A stretch of DNA of 64,000 bases from a bacterium (GCA_963681965.1 OY820579.1:2400001-2464000), one strand, 5' to 3'. Shown: positions 1 through 10,906, numbered from the stretch's first letter. Numbers and translations: made by a program. Notes: a model not told the origin generated them from the letters alone.

Positions 1-218
1 GACCGATAACCGTATTTAACAAAGTCGTCGGCAGTGATGACAGTGATGATGCCGGGCGATTCGTCGATTGAGAGTGCCGTCTTGGATGATGTGGTTACTT
101 TCATATTCATCAAATCGTCGAGTGATTTATCCCAGAGATCCTCGGCAATAGCAATCGTGCTAATTGACAGTAATAAGCTTAACAAGGATACAAAAGTGTG
201 AGATTGTTTCTGACACAT
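1..218 (-). CDS. TonB-dependent receptor, N-terminal part (runs off window)
   Basis: Manual translation from ATG at 218 (upstream GGGGG RBS-like): signal peptide then EDLWDKSLDDLMNMKVTTSSKTALSIDESPGIITVITADDFVKYGYR, a typical TonB-box/plug start. Not in the ORF track. Confidence 0.8.
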   Translation of the reverse strand, partial: MCQKQSHTFVSLLSLLLSISTIAIAEDLWDKSLDDLMNMKVTTSSKTALSIDESPGIITVITADDFVKYGYR

Positions 219-237
219 GTTACCCCCTAACATCGAG

Positions 238-258
238 ATCACTGAATATTTCAGTGAT
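238..258. promoter_or_regulatory. 9-bp inverted repeat upstream of the TonB receptor (possible operator or hairpin)
   Basis: ATCACTGAA-TAT-TTCAGTGAT, about 20 nt upstream of the ATG at 218. Confidence 0.35.
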
Positions 259-927
259 GTTCGAGAAGTGAATTAGTCGATTATCGAATCCCAATCAGAA
301 TTTTCAGCTCTGTGAAATTCGAGTGGTTACTAGACAGGCAATTCACAGTGGGTGGTTGTAGTTATAATATCGGAATAAATTGTAACAATATGAATATATG
401 ACTCACGATAATAACAAATTAGTACTCTCGTGTAGTTAATTAACAACTCATCGAAATGTTTGTCGATATGTAATTCATATTATAAATGAGAAATCAGATT
501 TGATCATTAGCAATTTTTAGCTAGAGAGCTATGTGGAACTCTACAAAATAAATTATTCATAGTGGCAATTAATTAAATGAAATAATTGATGAAAATAAAA
601 ACTGTGGCAAGCAGTCGAGTTATTGGTGATTCACTATTTTATACACTACTGAGAGTACAACCGGGCGAAAGAGGATGTCACATTCAATATTCGATCGAAT
701 CGATTTCTATTCAATCGTCTTCGCAAACCATTTATCTGAGAAATAAATGGAAATAGATGGTTTTCGACGAAGAATGAAACGAAAAATAGGCTTGTGAGGA
801 GTTTGTGATTAACTGGCAAGGACCTAAGAATTGTGGAATCGAAAATCGATTGTAACAGATGTTACTTTGCTTTGATTTGATACTGTATCAGGGATAAATG
901 CAATTTTGTAATCGGAAAAAAGACTGA

Positions 928-2166
928 TCAGACGGTTCGTTCGACGATTAGCAGTGTGATGTCGTCGGTTTGTATAGCACCTTCGGAAAAAGCTGCAATC
1001 GCCTCAAGAATTTTTTGTTTGATGATGATCGACGAGTAATTATTTGCAGCGACAAGATCAACCAGACGCGACATCCCAAACATATTTTCATTACAATTTT
1101 CTGCTTCGGTAATCCCATCGGTAAAAAGAATCAGACGCGAACCCCGCTCGAATGGCAGAGATTTACGCTGTGCGGGGAGTTCCGGCAACAGTCCTAACGG
1201 CACGCCAGTCGATTTGATCTGAGTAATCTCGCCCTCGGCGGTTAAGAGAATAACGGGGATGTGACCGGCGCTGATATAGTCGAATCGGTCAGCAGTCACT
1301 TCTGCCGCAAATAGTGTAATGTAAGTACCGAGTGGAAATTGCATGGCAAAATGAGCACCGATCCGGGGAATCGCATCCAGAATCGATTCACCGATACTGT
1401 TGAGGTAGCGCAGTAAATTCGCCAATCCCGACATCCAGAGACCGGCACCGGGACCTTTTCCGCTGACATCGGCGACAATTGCGAAGTAGCCATTGCGGGT
1501 AGGGAATGCATCGAAATAGTCGCCCCCAATATTTCTTGCGACACTGCAATGTCCGGTGACTTGCATCCCGTTGGGTTGGGGAATTTCCGACGGCATCAAG
1601 CGTTTTTGGAATTCACTCGCAATCGACAGTTCGGAGACTAATTGTTGTTCGGCAAGTTCGGTTTCATGCATCTGGCTTTTGCGAATTGCCAAGGCAGCCA
1701 GTGCAGCAAAGCACTCCAACAATTCTTGTTCGCTCTCATGGAATAACTCGCCGTCAATTCGGTTCAGCGCTTGAATCGTTCCGATTGTTTCGTCGCTGGT
1801 TCGAAGTGGTACGCATAAGTAACCGTGTGTTTTGAAGCCGGTTTTTTTGTCGACGCCGCTAAAAAATCGCGGATCGGATTCGACATTGGCAATGTTGATC
1901 GATTGGTTGTTGGCGGCAACCCACCCGGCGATACCGGTACCGACGGGAATGACGATCGGTTTAGTAGGATCAAGAATAAGATTGGTTGAATCGGTAAGTG
2001 TCAGTTGGTCGTGATTTGTGTTCATCAGGAAGATCGAAGCGGCTTCGCAATGAATCAACGATTGAACCGAAAGTAAAATTTGACGAAACATCAATCTTGT
2101 TTCGTTGGATTCAAGCACCGAGCGAATAGCATTAGCCAGTTCGTGGTAACTGGTTTCTGTCATCAT
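928..2166 (-). CDS. GAF-domain SpoIIE/RsbU-type PP2C phosphatase
   Basis: N-terminal GAF (GIAGWV...DPRF..VD..TGF), then PP2C motifs GGDYFD, ADVSGKG, SAGH, FTDGITE, DDIT. Confidence 0.92.
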   Translation of the reverse strand: MMTETSYHELANAIRSVLESNETRLMFRQILLSVQSLIHCEAASIFLMNTNHDQLTLTDSTNLILDPTKPIVIPVGTGIAGWVAANNQSINIANVESDPRFFSGVDKKTGFKTHGYLCVPLRTSDETIGTIQALNRIDGELFHESEQELLECFAALAALAIRKSQMHETELAEQQLVSELSIASEFQKRLMPSEIPQPNGMQVTGHCSVARNIGGDYFDAFPTRNGYFAIVADVSGKGPGAGLWMSGLANLLRYLNSIGESILDAIPRIGAHFAMQFPLGTYITLFAAEVTADRFDYISAGHIPVILLTAEGEITQIKSTGVPLGLLPELPAQRKSLPFERGSRLILFTDGITEAENCNENMFGMSRLVDLVAANNYSSIIIKQKILEAIAAFSEGAIQTDDITLLIVERTV

Positions 2167-2197
2167 ATCTAACCGGCTTCCGATAGCGTACTTCTTA

Positions 2198-2542
2198 TTA
2201 TTTGATCAGCGCGATTGCAGCTTGACGCGTATCGGCAACGGAAAACAACGGAAGTAGCGACGACATCTCTAACAATTCTCTAACATCCTTGGGGATATTT
2301 GCCAATACCAGTTTGGCTTGCGCGCCACGAACCGAAGTCAATACCGCAGCCAGTGCGCCGATACCGGTAGAATTCATCCATTGCACCATTTCAAGGTCGA
2401 GTATGATCTTCAAACCACCACTCATCAATTCATTGCGAACGAGTTCGGTCAAAGATTGAACTTCATTACCGCCCATCCATTTTCCGGCTAAAGCGATTAC
2501 CAGAACCCCTTCTTCCTTTGTCGTCGAAACCATATCCCACAT
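2198..2542 (-). CDS. STAS-domain anti-sigma factor antagonist (RsbV/SpoIIAA-like)
   Basis: 114 aa with ILDLEMVQWMNSTGIG (phosphorylatable Ser motif); adjacent to the SpoIIE phosphatase. Confidence 0.9.
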   Translation of the reverse strand: MWDMVSTTKEEGVLVIALAGKWMGGNEVQSLTELVRNELMSGGLKIILDLEMVQWMNSTGIGALAAVLTSVRGAQAKLVLANIPKDVRELLEMSSLLPLFSVADTRQAAIALIK

Positions 2543-2778
2543 AGTAACTCCCGATTTTAAGTTGAATGCGTTCGAATAAGAATTAAAAGAAATTTTAAGG
2601 ATTGGAACAAGTTGGAATCTTACTATCGATCAATTTGCTGGATCGTGAATAGGATAAATCGATCGATAATCGGTGTAATATACTAATATTGAAGTTGATA
2701 GCAAATGACTTAAATCAAGAATTCCAAAATAGTATCGATCTAGGATTGAGGCTGATATCAATCGATTAGAAATAGAAA

Positions 2779-2799
2779 GGGTGGAAGCATATTCCACCC
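2779..2799 (-). terminator. Putative intrinsic terminator
   Basis: GGGTGGAA-GCATA-TTCCACCC hairpin just downstream of the 2830 stop, followed by a short T run on the minus strand. Confidence 0.5.
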
Positions 2800-2829
2800 A
2801 TTTGACAAGGCAAGATGTCGTTGACTTAG

Positions 2830-3981
2830 CTAATCAGAATCGCTGGCATCCCGGACAAGTCGAAATCCGAGTTCGGTTGCTGGCACATTCTTAAAAGTAT
2901 AGCTACGTTTCGGTGATCGGCACCCATCGCGAATCGTTCCCCAATTTCCCCCGCGATAGACGCAATAATTAGTGGCATCAAGGTAAGGACTGGTATCGGT
3001 CTGATCGGTAGTATAGAGATGAAATGCATCTTCGCAGTACTCTTCGACGTTACCTAACATATCGTAAAGTCCCCATGGATTGGGTCTGAGCGAGCCGACT
3101 GGATGAACATCTGCCAGACACATCTCACCATTCCAACAGTAACCATCCATGTGGATATAATTCGTATCATTACCCCAAAAAAATCGCGTGGTAGTTCCAG
3201 CCCGACAGGCGTACTCCCACTCTGCTTCAGTCGGTAACCGAAATTGATTATTGACATTACCCTCAAATGATTGAATTTCATTCCATGTGATATTATTTAC
3301 CGGACAGTTATCGCCTATCCCGGAACTATCGTAACCAACATGCGAGGGATGGGTTCCTATGATCGCAGCCCATTGCTGTTGCGTGATCTCGTATGCTCCG
3401 ATCCAAAAACCATGTTCAACGATAACCGGGTGTTTCGGCATTTCATTTCGAATCGGCGTGAGATCCGTTTCGGATGACCCCATTAGAAACGTTCCAGCCG
3501 GAATCCAACGCATGTCGATCGATAATCCTGAATCGCCGAGTGGAAACGATCGTGCAGTACCCGCAACCGGGTCGGTCGTTGCTTTTATACGGTAAAAATA
3601 TTGTTGACCGGTATTGGATAAAATATCTGGTAAAAAGAAGGAGGCAGTTGAAGTCGCGCCGATATAAGACCATCCGCTAAGACAGTATGGATTCGGGTCT
3701 TGCCGGTTCACCAACAACCGATAAATCTTATAACGATTTACGGTCATTGTTTCATTCAAAACATTTCGAGTGACCGTCGACCAGGTGAGGCGGAGTGAAT
3801 CCGATTCCTGATACACTGCAAGATGAGGATTGACCGGTGGTTTCGGTGCCGTTGTTGTTTGCGAAATTGAAACAACAAATAGCAAGATTGCAACAGTCAT
3901 TAGCATCACAGAAACATTCTTAACAACATTCCGAATTCGACTGGATATACGTTTCAAAGCTGTTATGTGCATAGAAGTCAC
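2830..3981 (-). CDS. Exported FGE-sulfatase (SUMF1) domain protein with Fn3-like N-terminal region
   Basis: IPAGTFLMGS, RLPTEAEWEYACRAG, PNPWGLYDMLGNV, RGG, GFRL motifs; hydrophobic N-terminal segment; lacks the catalytic Cys pair of true FGE. Confidence 0.85.
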   Translation of the reverse strand: MTSMHITALKRISSRIRNVVKNVSVMLMTVAILLFVVSISQTTTAPKPPVNPHLAVYQESDSLRLTWSTVTRNVLNETMTVNRYKIYRLLVNRQDPNPYCLSGWSYIGATSTASFFLPDILSNTGQQYFYRIKATTDPVAGTARSFPLGDSGLSIDMRWIPAGTFLMGSSETDLTPIRNEMPKHPVIVEHGFWIGAYEITQQQWAAIIGTHPSHVGYDSSGIGDNCPVNNITWNEIQSFEGNVNNQFRLPTEAEWEYACRAGTTTRFFWGNDTNYIHMDGYCWNGEMCLADVHPVGSLRPNPWGLYDMLGNVEEYCEDAFHLYTTDQTDTSPYLDATNYCVYRGGNWGTIRDGCRSPKRSYTFKNVPATELGFRLVRDASDSD

Positions 3982-4491
3982 TAGTCACCTCAACGCATCA
4001 AATTAGTTTCGCGGATAAAAGGAATGATTTAATTAAATTACGAAAATACAGTCATTCGTAACGAATTCAACAGTAAAATTATTCGTCTTCCAGCGATAAT
4101 CAAGTGAATTGAGTAAAAATTGTATCGGTTTTTGTGATAATCATCACTATCACAAGTATCAAAATAATTATAACTAATGCAATCAAAGAGTTGAGAAAAT
4201 TGTGTAGCTGATTTTATCTCATTTATTCTGAGAGTTTAACTATTATCTATATTATTGTTTATTAATAATATGAAGTTCGACGCCGCAACAGACAATACTT
4301 CAGTGATCAACGTTCTTTGATTAAATCAGTAGCTAGATACCGATACTATAGATATACAGCATTTTTTCGAGGGAGTGTTAAATATCATTAAAAGTTATTT
4401 ACCTAGAATAAGGTTCCAGAAAAGAACTATATTAATGCATTGAACAAAATTTTCTTACAAATTATCGTTTCGATCTTCCGGAGTTCAGGCA

Positions 4492-7400
4492 ATGGCTTCA
4501 GATCAAACCAAAGATCCTTTGACACTTCTTTCCAACTTATTACTCGACGAACAACCGTCAACGATTTCAATTCCCGTCGGTGAGCGACGCGAAGTCGTGG
4601 TGTTTTTTCTAGATATTGTTGGATTTTCTACGTTATCAGAAAAGCTGAACAATCCCGAAAAACAGTACACGATTATCTCTCAGGTTTTTGCCGCCTTCTC
4701 AAAAATAATCGATGACCATGGTGGAAAAGTCGAGAAGTATATCGGCGATGCGATTCTTGCAGTGTGGGGGACAGACCAGATTACTGAATTCGATGCGGAG
4801 AAAGCAATACGCAGCGGTATTGAAATTCTACAAAAACTTGTCGCAGTCAACGAAACACTGTCTTCCCTGGGGATTGAAATTCAGGCACGGATCGGGATCA
4901 ATGCCGGAATGGCGGTTTTTGTACCCGATCCTTCGCAAACCCCCGACCCACGCAACGCACGAAGTTGGTCGGTAACCGGCGATACTGTTAATACAGCCCA
5001 ACGATTAGAAAGCAATGCGAAACCGGGAACAATCTTTATCAGCGCATCCGTACGCGAGCAAGCCGGCGAAGCGTTTCTTTACGAGGATATGGGCGATCTG
5101 ACAGTCAAAGGAAAGCAACATCCCATTCACACCTACCAGATCGCCGGGAAAGGAACTGGACGCAAAAAACCGTGGGAACGCGTTGAATTAGTCAAGCACT
5201 CGCGTATGGTTGGACGGGATCGCGAATTGTCACGTTTGAACAACCATCTCACAATTGAACCGGAGTTGAATGACGATGGCTTTGCGAAACCACACATCAT
5301 CGGAATACGCGCCGAAGCCGGTCTTGGAAAATCCCGGTTGTGCAGCGAATTTACAGCCGAACTAACGATTCCATTTCTGAAAGGTCAGACCATCGCCTAC
5401 GCTCAACCTTCTAATTGGGTCTGGATGACCTTGTTACGGGACTTCTTTCATGTGAATGAAATCGATCCCGATGGATATTCGAAGCTATGTGATAAGATTG
5501 GATCGATCGCAAACGAGACGAATCGCAATCGACTTCAATTAAGCATGCCGTTTCTAGCCCACTTACTCGATTTACAATCACCGGATAACAAACGAATTCA
5601 GGCAATGGATTCCAAAATCATCATGCAGGAAGTGAAGCTTGGTATCAAATGGATTTTGGAGAATCTGGCGGAAAAACAGCGAATCGTGGTTTTGCTGGAA
5701 GACTACCATTGGATTGATACCGCGTCCATTTCGCTGCTGAAATACTTGATCCGAACGCTCGAATCGCTTCACCCCGTACTCTTTCTGTTACCGTATCGAC
5801 CTAGTGCGCAACTACCAGTTTTCGATTCCGATGAAGCGGTCGTTGAAGATATTGTGCTCACTGAAATCGGAAATGAAGATTGTCGTGATTTGCTTCGCAG
5901 CATGCTCGGTTCGAGTCTTCCGGAAGAGACTGAACAATTTCTTTTGTCTCGTGCCGAAGGTAATCCATTTTACATCGAAGAAGTCGTAATCTCACTGGTT
6001 TCTCGCGGTATCCTCCTGCGCGAGGGCGAGCATTGGATCGTCATGCAACCGCTAAGCGAAGCCGATGTTCCCTTGACACTTCAAGCGATCATTCTGTCGC
6101 GAATCGACAATCTGGAGCAAAAGCAGAAAGAGTTATTGAAACATGCCTCGGTAATCGGTCGGTTGTTTCTGGTCGATGTCCTGCAGCAGATGGTGCAAAG
6201 GTCTTCTCCGGGAATCGATCTCGAAAAGGAATTGAATGCTTTATCGCAAACCAATCTGATTTTCGAAGCAGTCGATTCACGTGAGCGCGCCTATATTTTT
6301 AAGCACGCTATCACCCGCGAAGTTGCTTATAGTACCTTTCTGGAAACACAGTTACATGATTTACACCGGAATGTCGCTGAAATCATGGAGAACCTGTTTT
6401 CCAGTAGCGATACTTATGCGTCGTTGATTGCAGACCATTGGGAAAAATCGCGATCCGCTCCGGAAAAAGTCGATCAGTGGAATATGCGGGCATTGAAGCA
6501 TTTCTCTGTCAATTATCGCTTCGAAGATGGGATCGCTCTTGCCGAGAAATTATTGAAGCAATTGGATGAGTTACCCGACAGCGTTGAGCGATGTAAGAAG
6601 AAGTATCCGGTTTGGATGATACTCATCGAATTGTTGGCGAACAACTATGAGAAGCAGCTAGCCTTATTAGAAGAAGCGGAAAAGGAATCGCGAAGATACG
6701 AACTGATCGATCAGCTTGCCAGTATTCTAAATCAATTCGGTCGTTTCTATCAGAATCGAAAACAAATCAGTAAAGCCGAATTCTATTATCGCGAAGCCGA
6801 ACCGCTTATTCGATCACTCAATGATAAAGCGATGTTGCAGCGATTTCTTATCGCCAATACCTATTTGGCATTCCAGGATTTGAATAAAGAATTGGCCGAT
6901 AGGTATTTCACTGAAGCTCGGGATTATTTCGATGAATTGAGCAATTTAACCGATTTCTACAATATTGAACAATTCCAGTTAATGCGAGATATCGAATCGG
7001 TTTATTCGCCAGAATTTGACGAACTTTACGATAAGTATATTAAAAAGGCGCATGCGAATTTCGATCGATTTTTAGAAGCACACTGTTTGACACTTTGGGG
7101 TTTGATTTTCGGTCATCGGCTCAATTTCAATGGAGCATACGAGAAACTGAATCAAGCACTCGATATTTATCAACAGATCGGAATATTAAAGGGGTGTGCC
7201 GATTGTTACAAAGAAATTGGTTACTATAATCATTATGCTGGAACCTACGATCTTGCGTTAGCAAATTCGCAGAAAGCCTTATCTATCTTCAAAAAGCTGC
7301 AAGAGCCGTCGCAAGTGGCATTGTGTATTCAGACGATTCATAAATCACTCCTGCGGTTGAATCGCATTCCCGAAGCTGAAGAGATGTACCGACTAGGTAT

Positions 7401-7680
7401 CGAGAATTGGCAAAAAGTAAACTATCATTGGGGTGTCGTAATTTTTAAAATCGAAGCAGGAGTTTTTCATTTACGGCAGAAGAGTGTTGACAGAGCGATA
7501 CAGTTCTACGACGAGATCGTCGAGTTATTCGATGTATTAACGCATTACGGACCGGGTCAACACTATGTCGCTCGCTTTCGAAAACGTCTCATCGAAGCCG
7601 GAGTCGATATTACACGATTGCCAATTCCCGAAGAGTACTTGACTGCAGATCTCGGGCTTTCATATTTGTTCGACTGGTGA
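4492..7680 (+). CDS. Class III adenylate/guanylate cyclase - STAND ATPase - TPR protein (paralog 1)
   Basis: FLDIVGFS, KYIGDA, GDTVNTAQRLE (cyclase); AEAGLGKS Walker A; LLEDYHWID Walker B; GNPFYIEE; helical TPR-like C-terminus; GGAG RBS. Confidence 0.9.
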   Translation: MASDQTKDPLTLLSNLLLDEQPSTISIPVGERREVVVFFLDIVGFSTLSEKLNNPEKQYTIISQVFAAFSKIIDDHGGKVEKYIGDAILAVWGTDQITEFDAEKAIRSGIEILQKLVAVNETLSSLGIEIQARIGINAGMAVFVPDPSQTPDPRNARSWSVTGDTVNTAQRLESNAKPGTIFISASVREQAGEAFLYEDMGDLTVKGKQHPIHTYQIAGKGTGRKKPWERVELVKHSRMVGRDRELSRLNNHLTIEPELNDDGFAKPHIIGIRAEAGLGKSRLCSEFTAELTIPFLKGQTIAYAQPSNWVWMTLLRDFFHVNEIDPDGYSKLCDKIGSIANETNRNRLQLSMPFLAHLLDLQSPDNKRIQAMDSKIIMQEVKLGIKWILENLAEKQRIVVLLEDYHWIDTASISLLKYLIRTLESLHPVLFLLPYRPSAQLPVFDSDEAVVEDIVLTEIGNEDCRDLLRSMLGSSLPEETEQFLLSRAEGNPFYIEEVVISLVSRGILLREGEHWIVMQPLSEADVPLTLQAIILSRIDNLEQKQKELLKHASVIGRLFLVDVLQQMVQRSSPGIDLEKELNALSQTNLIFEAVDSRERAYIFKHAITREVAYSTFLETQLHDLHRNVAEIMENLFSSSDTYASLIADHWEKSRSAPEKVDQWNMRALKHFSVNYRFEDGIALAEKLLKQLDELPDSVERCKKKYPVWMILIELLANNYEKQLALLEEAEKESRRYELIDQLASILNQFGRFYQNRKQISKAEFYYREAEPLIRSLNDKAMLQRFLIANTYLAFQDLNKELADRYFTEARDYFDELSNLTDFYNIEQFQLMRDIESVYSPEFDELYDKYIKKAHANFDRFLEAHCLTLWGLIFGHRLNFNGAYEKLNQALDIYQQIGILKGCADCYKEIGYYNHYAGTYDLALANSQKALSIFKKLQEPSQVALCIQTIHKSLLRLNRIPEAEEMYRLGIENWQKVNYHWGVVIFKIEAGVFHLRQKSVDRAIQFYDEIVELFDVLTHYGPGQHYVARFRKRLIEAGVDITRLPIPEEYLTADLGLSYLFDW

Positions 7681-7720
7681 GAATTCACGAAGGAAATAAT
7701 TTCTTCTGGAGATATGCTCG

Positions 7721-10700
7721 ATGGATTTGACGCACTCAAGCGATCCTTTGATACTTCTTTCCAACTTGTTACTTGACGAACAATCGCCAACAGTTGCTAT
7801 TCCCATCGGTGAACGACGTGAAGTTGTTGTTTTCTTCCTGGATATCGTCGGTTTTACTTCACTAGCTGAAAAGCTGAACAACCCCGAAAAACAGTATACG
7901 ATTATCTCTCAGGTATTTGCTGCATTCTCAAAAATTATCGATGACCATGGTGGAAAAGTTGAGAAGTATATCGGCGATGCGATTCTTGCGGTATGGGGGA
8001 CGGACCAGATAACCGAATTCGATGCGGAAAAAGCAGTTCGCAGCGGTTTGGAAATCTTACAAAAATTGATCTCGGTAAATCAAACATTGTCGCCGTTAGG
8101 AATCGAGATTCAAGCGCGGATCGGGATCAATGCCGGAATGGCGATATTTGTTCCAGATCCATCCCAAACTCCTGATCCACGTAACGCTCGAAGTTGGTCG
8201 GTCACCGGCGACACTGTCAACACAGCGCAACGATTAGAAAGCAACGCGAAACCGGGATCCATCTTGATTAGCGCTTCAGTGCGCGAGCAAGCCGGCGAAG
8301 CATTTATCTATGAAGATAAGGGCGATCTGACAGTCAAAGGAAAGCAACATCCCATTCACATCTACCAGATCGCCGGGAAAGGGGCTGGACGCAAAAAACC
8401 GTGGGAACGCGTAGAACTGGTCAAACATTCACGCATGGTTGGGCGGGACAAAGAATTATCCAGATTGAATAACCATCTTACTAGTGAACCGGAGTTGAAT
8501 GACGACGGTTTTGCGAAACCGCACATCATCGGTATTCGCGCCGAAGCCGGAATGGGGAAATCCCGGTTGTGTAGTGAATTCACCGCGAGTTTGACGGTTA
8601 CCCTTTTGAAAGGGCAGACGATTGCGTATGCTCAACCGTCAAATTGGGTGTGGATGACGTTGCTACGCGATTTCTTCCAAGTGAATGAAATCGATCCCGA
8701 TGGATACCGCAAACTCGAAGAAAAGATTTCGTCGATTGAAAACGAGAAAAGACGGAATCGCTTGCAATCCAGTCTTCCGTTTCTCGCTCATCAACTAGAT
8801 TTGAAATCTCCGGATTCCGATGGAATACGGTCGATGGATGCCAAGATAATCAACCAAGAAGTAAAGCTGGGTATCAAATGGTTATTGGAAAGCCTCGCTG
8901 AAAACAATCGGATCGTCGTATTATTGGAAGATTATCACTGGATCGATTCTGCTTCCAATTCACTGTTGAAGTATTTAATACGAACACTGGAATCGAATTA
9001 TCCCATTCTTTTCTTACTTCCCTACCGTCCGAGTGTAACGTTACCGGCAATCGATCCTGATGAAGCAATCCTTGACGATATTATTCTAACCGAAATTGGA
9101 AATGAAGATTGTCGCGATTTATTGCATAGTATGCTAGGTTCGAGACTACCCGAAGAGACCGAACAATTTCTTCTGTCGCGTGCCGACGGGAATCCGTTCT
9201 ATATCGAAGAGGTAGTGATTTCGTTAGTATCGCGAGGTATCTTGCAGCAAGACGGAAAACAGTGGCTCGCCATGCAACCGCTAAGCGAAGCAGATGTTCC
9301 CCAGACCCTTCAAGCCATCATCCTCTCCCGTATCGATAATCTTGAACTCAAACAGAAGGAACTATTGAAGTATGCCTCGGTTATAGGACGACTGTTTCTG
9401 GTCGAGGTGCTTGAACAAATGGTTGCAAGATTGTCGCCTGAAATCGACTTAGAATCGGAATTGCGAGCATTATCCCATGTAAATTTGATTTTCGAATCGA
9501 TCGATTCCCGCGAACGTGCTTACTTATTCAAGCACGCAATTACCCGCGATGTCGCATACGGTACATTTTTAGATGTCCAATTGCGAAATCTGCATCGGAT
9601 TGTCGCGGAAATTATGGAACAGATGTTTTCCGATACTGAAACGTATGCCGGTATGATTGCCGAACATTGGGAGAAATCGCAAGCTGCCCCTGAAAAGATC
9701 GATCAATGGAATATGAAGGCATTAAAGCACTATGCCTTCAACTACCGATTCGAAGATGGAATCGCGCTTGGCGAGAAACTGTTAAAGCGATTGGACGATC
9801 TACCCGATACAGTGGATCGATGTAAGAAAAAATATCCCATAGCGATGCAGCTCTTCGGTTTGTATGCGAATTTTCCCGAGAAAAAATTAGCGCTGCTCGA
9901 AGATTCCGAGCACGAGGCGCGTAAATACGGTCTGAATGATCAACTGGCAATAATTTTGACGAGATTTGCTCATTTATATGATAATCAAAAACTATTAGAC
10001 AAAGCAACGCAATATTATCTCGAAGCCGAACCACTAGTTCGAGCTCTTAAAAATAAAGAGGAATTGTTAAGTGTTTTAATTAATCTAGCCTATTGCGCGT
10101 TCGTTAAGACAAATTTGGATTCGTCAAATAGATATTTAGAAGAAGCACTGCAATATTTTGACGAATCGAGCAACATCGCAGATTGCTTTAATATTGAACA
10201 AATTCAAATACTGAGTCGAGTCGAAGACGCTTTTTCGCCATTAATAGACGAGCTTTATGAAAAATATATCAGAATAGGAAAAGTCAAATTTAACCGATCG
10301 ATTGTTGCAATTAGCTTGGGACAATGGGGTAGATTTTGTGCGATTCGTCGCGATTTCAACGGCGCGCTCGATAAATTTAACAGTGCAATCGAAATATATC
10401 AACAGATTGGTTTATTGGATAGGATCGCAGATTGTTATTATGATATCGGTCATTGTTACCATTATGCCGGTTCTTACGATCTAGCAATTTCCAATTCACA
10501 AAAAGCGATGTCAATGCATCGAAAACTCCATGATTCTCAACAAATTGTCTGGTGTATCCTGACCATTTATAAATCGCTACTTCGTTTGAATCGGCTGCCC
10601 GAAGCAGAAGAGTTGTATCGGCTTGGAATCGATGAAGCTCGAAAAATTCATGATCTCAATGATGAAGTATATTTTAAAGTTGAAACAGGGGTTTTCTACT

Positions 10701-10906
10701 TACGGCAAAAGGAATTGGATCGAGCTGTGCAATACTACGATGAGATCGGTGCTATGTTCGATATTCTTCCCGATTACGAGCCAATGCATTATTTTGTGAA
10801 TCGATACCGTAAACGCTTGATTGAATCGGGAGTCGATCCGGTACGGTTACCGATTCCGGAAGTGTATTTAACTGCGCAACCTGCGACTGATATGTTCGAT
10901 TGGTAG
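7721..10906 (+). CDS. Class III adenylate/guanylate cyclase - STAND ATPase - TPR protein (paralog 2)
   Basis: Same motif set as 4492..7680; near-identical N-terminal half, diverged TPR region. Confidence 0.9.
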   Translation: MDLTHSSDPLILLSNLLLDEQSPTVAIPIGERREVVVFFLDIVGFTSLAEKLNNPEKQYTIISQVFAAFSKIIDDHGGKVEKYIGDAILAVWGTDQITEFDAEKAVRSGLEILQKLISVNQTLSPLGIEIQARIGINAGMAIFVPDPSQTPDPRNARSWSVTGDTVNTAQRLESNAKPGSILISASVREQAGEAFIYEDKGDLTVKGKQHPIHIYQIAGKGAGRKKPWERVELVKHSRMVGRDKELSRLNNHLTSEPELNDDGFAKPHIIGIRAEAGMGKSRLCSEFTASLTVTLLKGQTIAYAQPSNWVWMTLLRDFFQVNEIDPDGYRKLEEKISSIENEKRRNRLQSSLPFLAHQLDLKSPDSDGIRSMDAKIINQEVKLGIKWLLESLAENNRIVVLLEDYHWIDSASNSLLKYLIRTLESNYPILFLLPYRPSVTLPAIDPDEAILDDIILTEIGNEDCRDLLHSMLGSRLPEETEQFLLSRADGNPFYIEEVVISLVSRGILQQDGKQWLAMQPLSEADVPQTLQAIILSRIDNLELKQKELLKYASVIGRLFLVEVLEQMVARLSPEIDLESELRALSHVNLIFESIDSRERAYLFKHAITRDVAYGTFLDVQLRNLHRIVAEIMEQMFSDTETYAGMIAEHWEKSQAAPEKIDQWNMKALKHYAFNYRFEDGIALGEKLLKRLDDLPDTVDRCKKKYPIAMQLFGLYANFPEKKLALLEDSEHEARKYGLNDQLAIILTRFAHLYDNQKLLDKATQYYLEAEPLVRALKNKEELLSVLINLAYCAFVKTNLDSSNRYLEEALQYFDESSNIADCFNIEQIQILSRVEDAFSPLIDELYEKYIRIGKVKFNRSIVAISLGQWGRFCAIRRDFNGALDKFNSAIEIYQQIGLLDRIADCYYDIGHCYHYAGSYDLAISNSQKAMSMHRKLHDSQQIVWCILTIYKSLLRLNRLPEAEELYRLGIDEARKIHDLNDEVYFKVETGVFYLRQKELDRAVQYYDEIGAMFDILPDYEPMHYFVNRYRKRLIESGVDPVRLPIPEVYLTAQPATDMFDW

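Noticed and set aside
2830-2990. FGE-domain C-terminus as a diversity-generating retroelement target
   Set aside because: No template repeat or reverse transcriptase seen in the window; a remote DGR cannot be excluded.
7678-7721. TGA read-through fusing the two cyclase paralogs
   Set aside because: The 40-nt gap puts them in different frames, and paralog 2 ends at the equivalent FDW with TAG.
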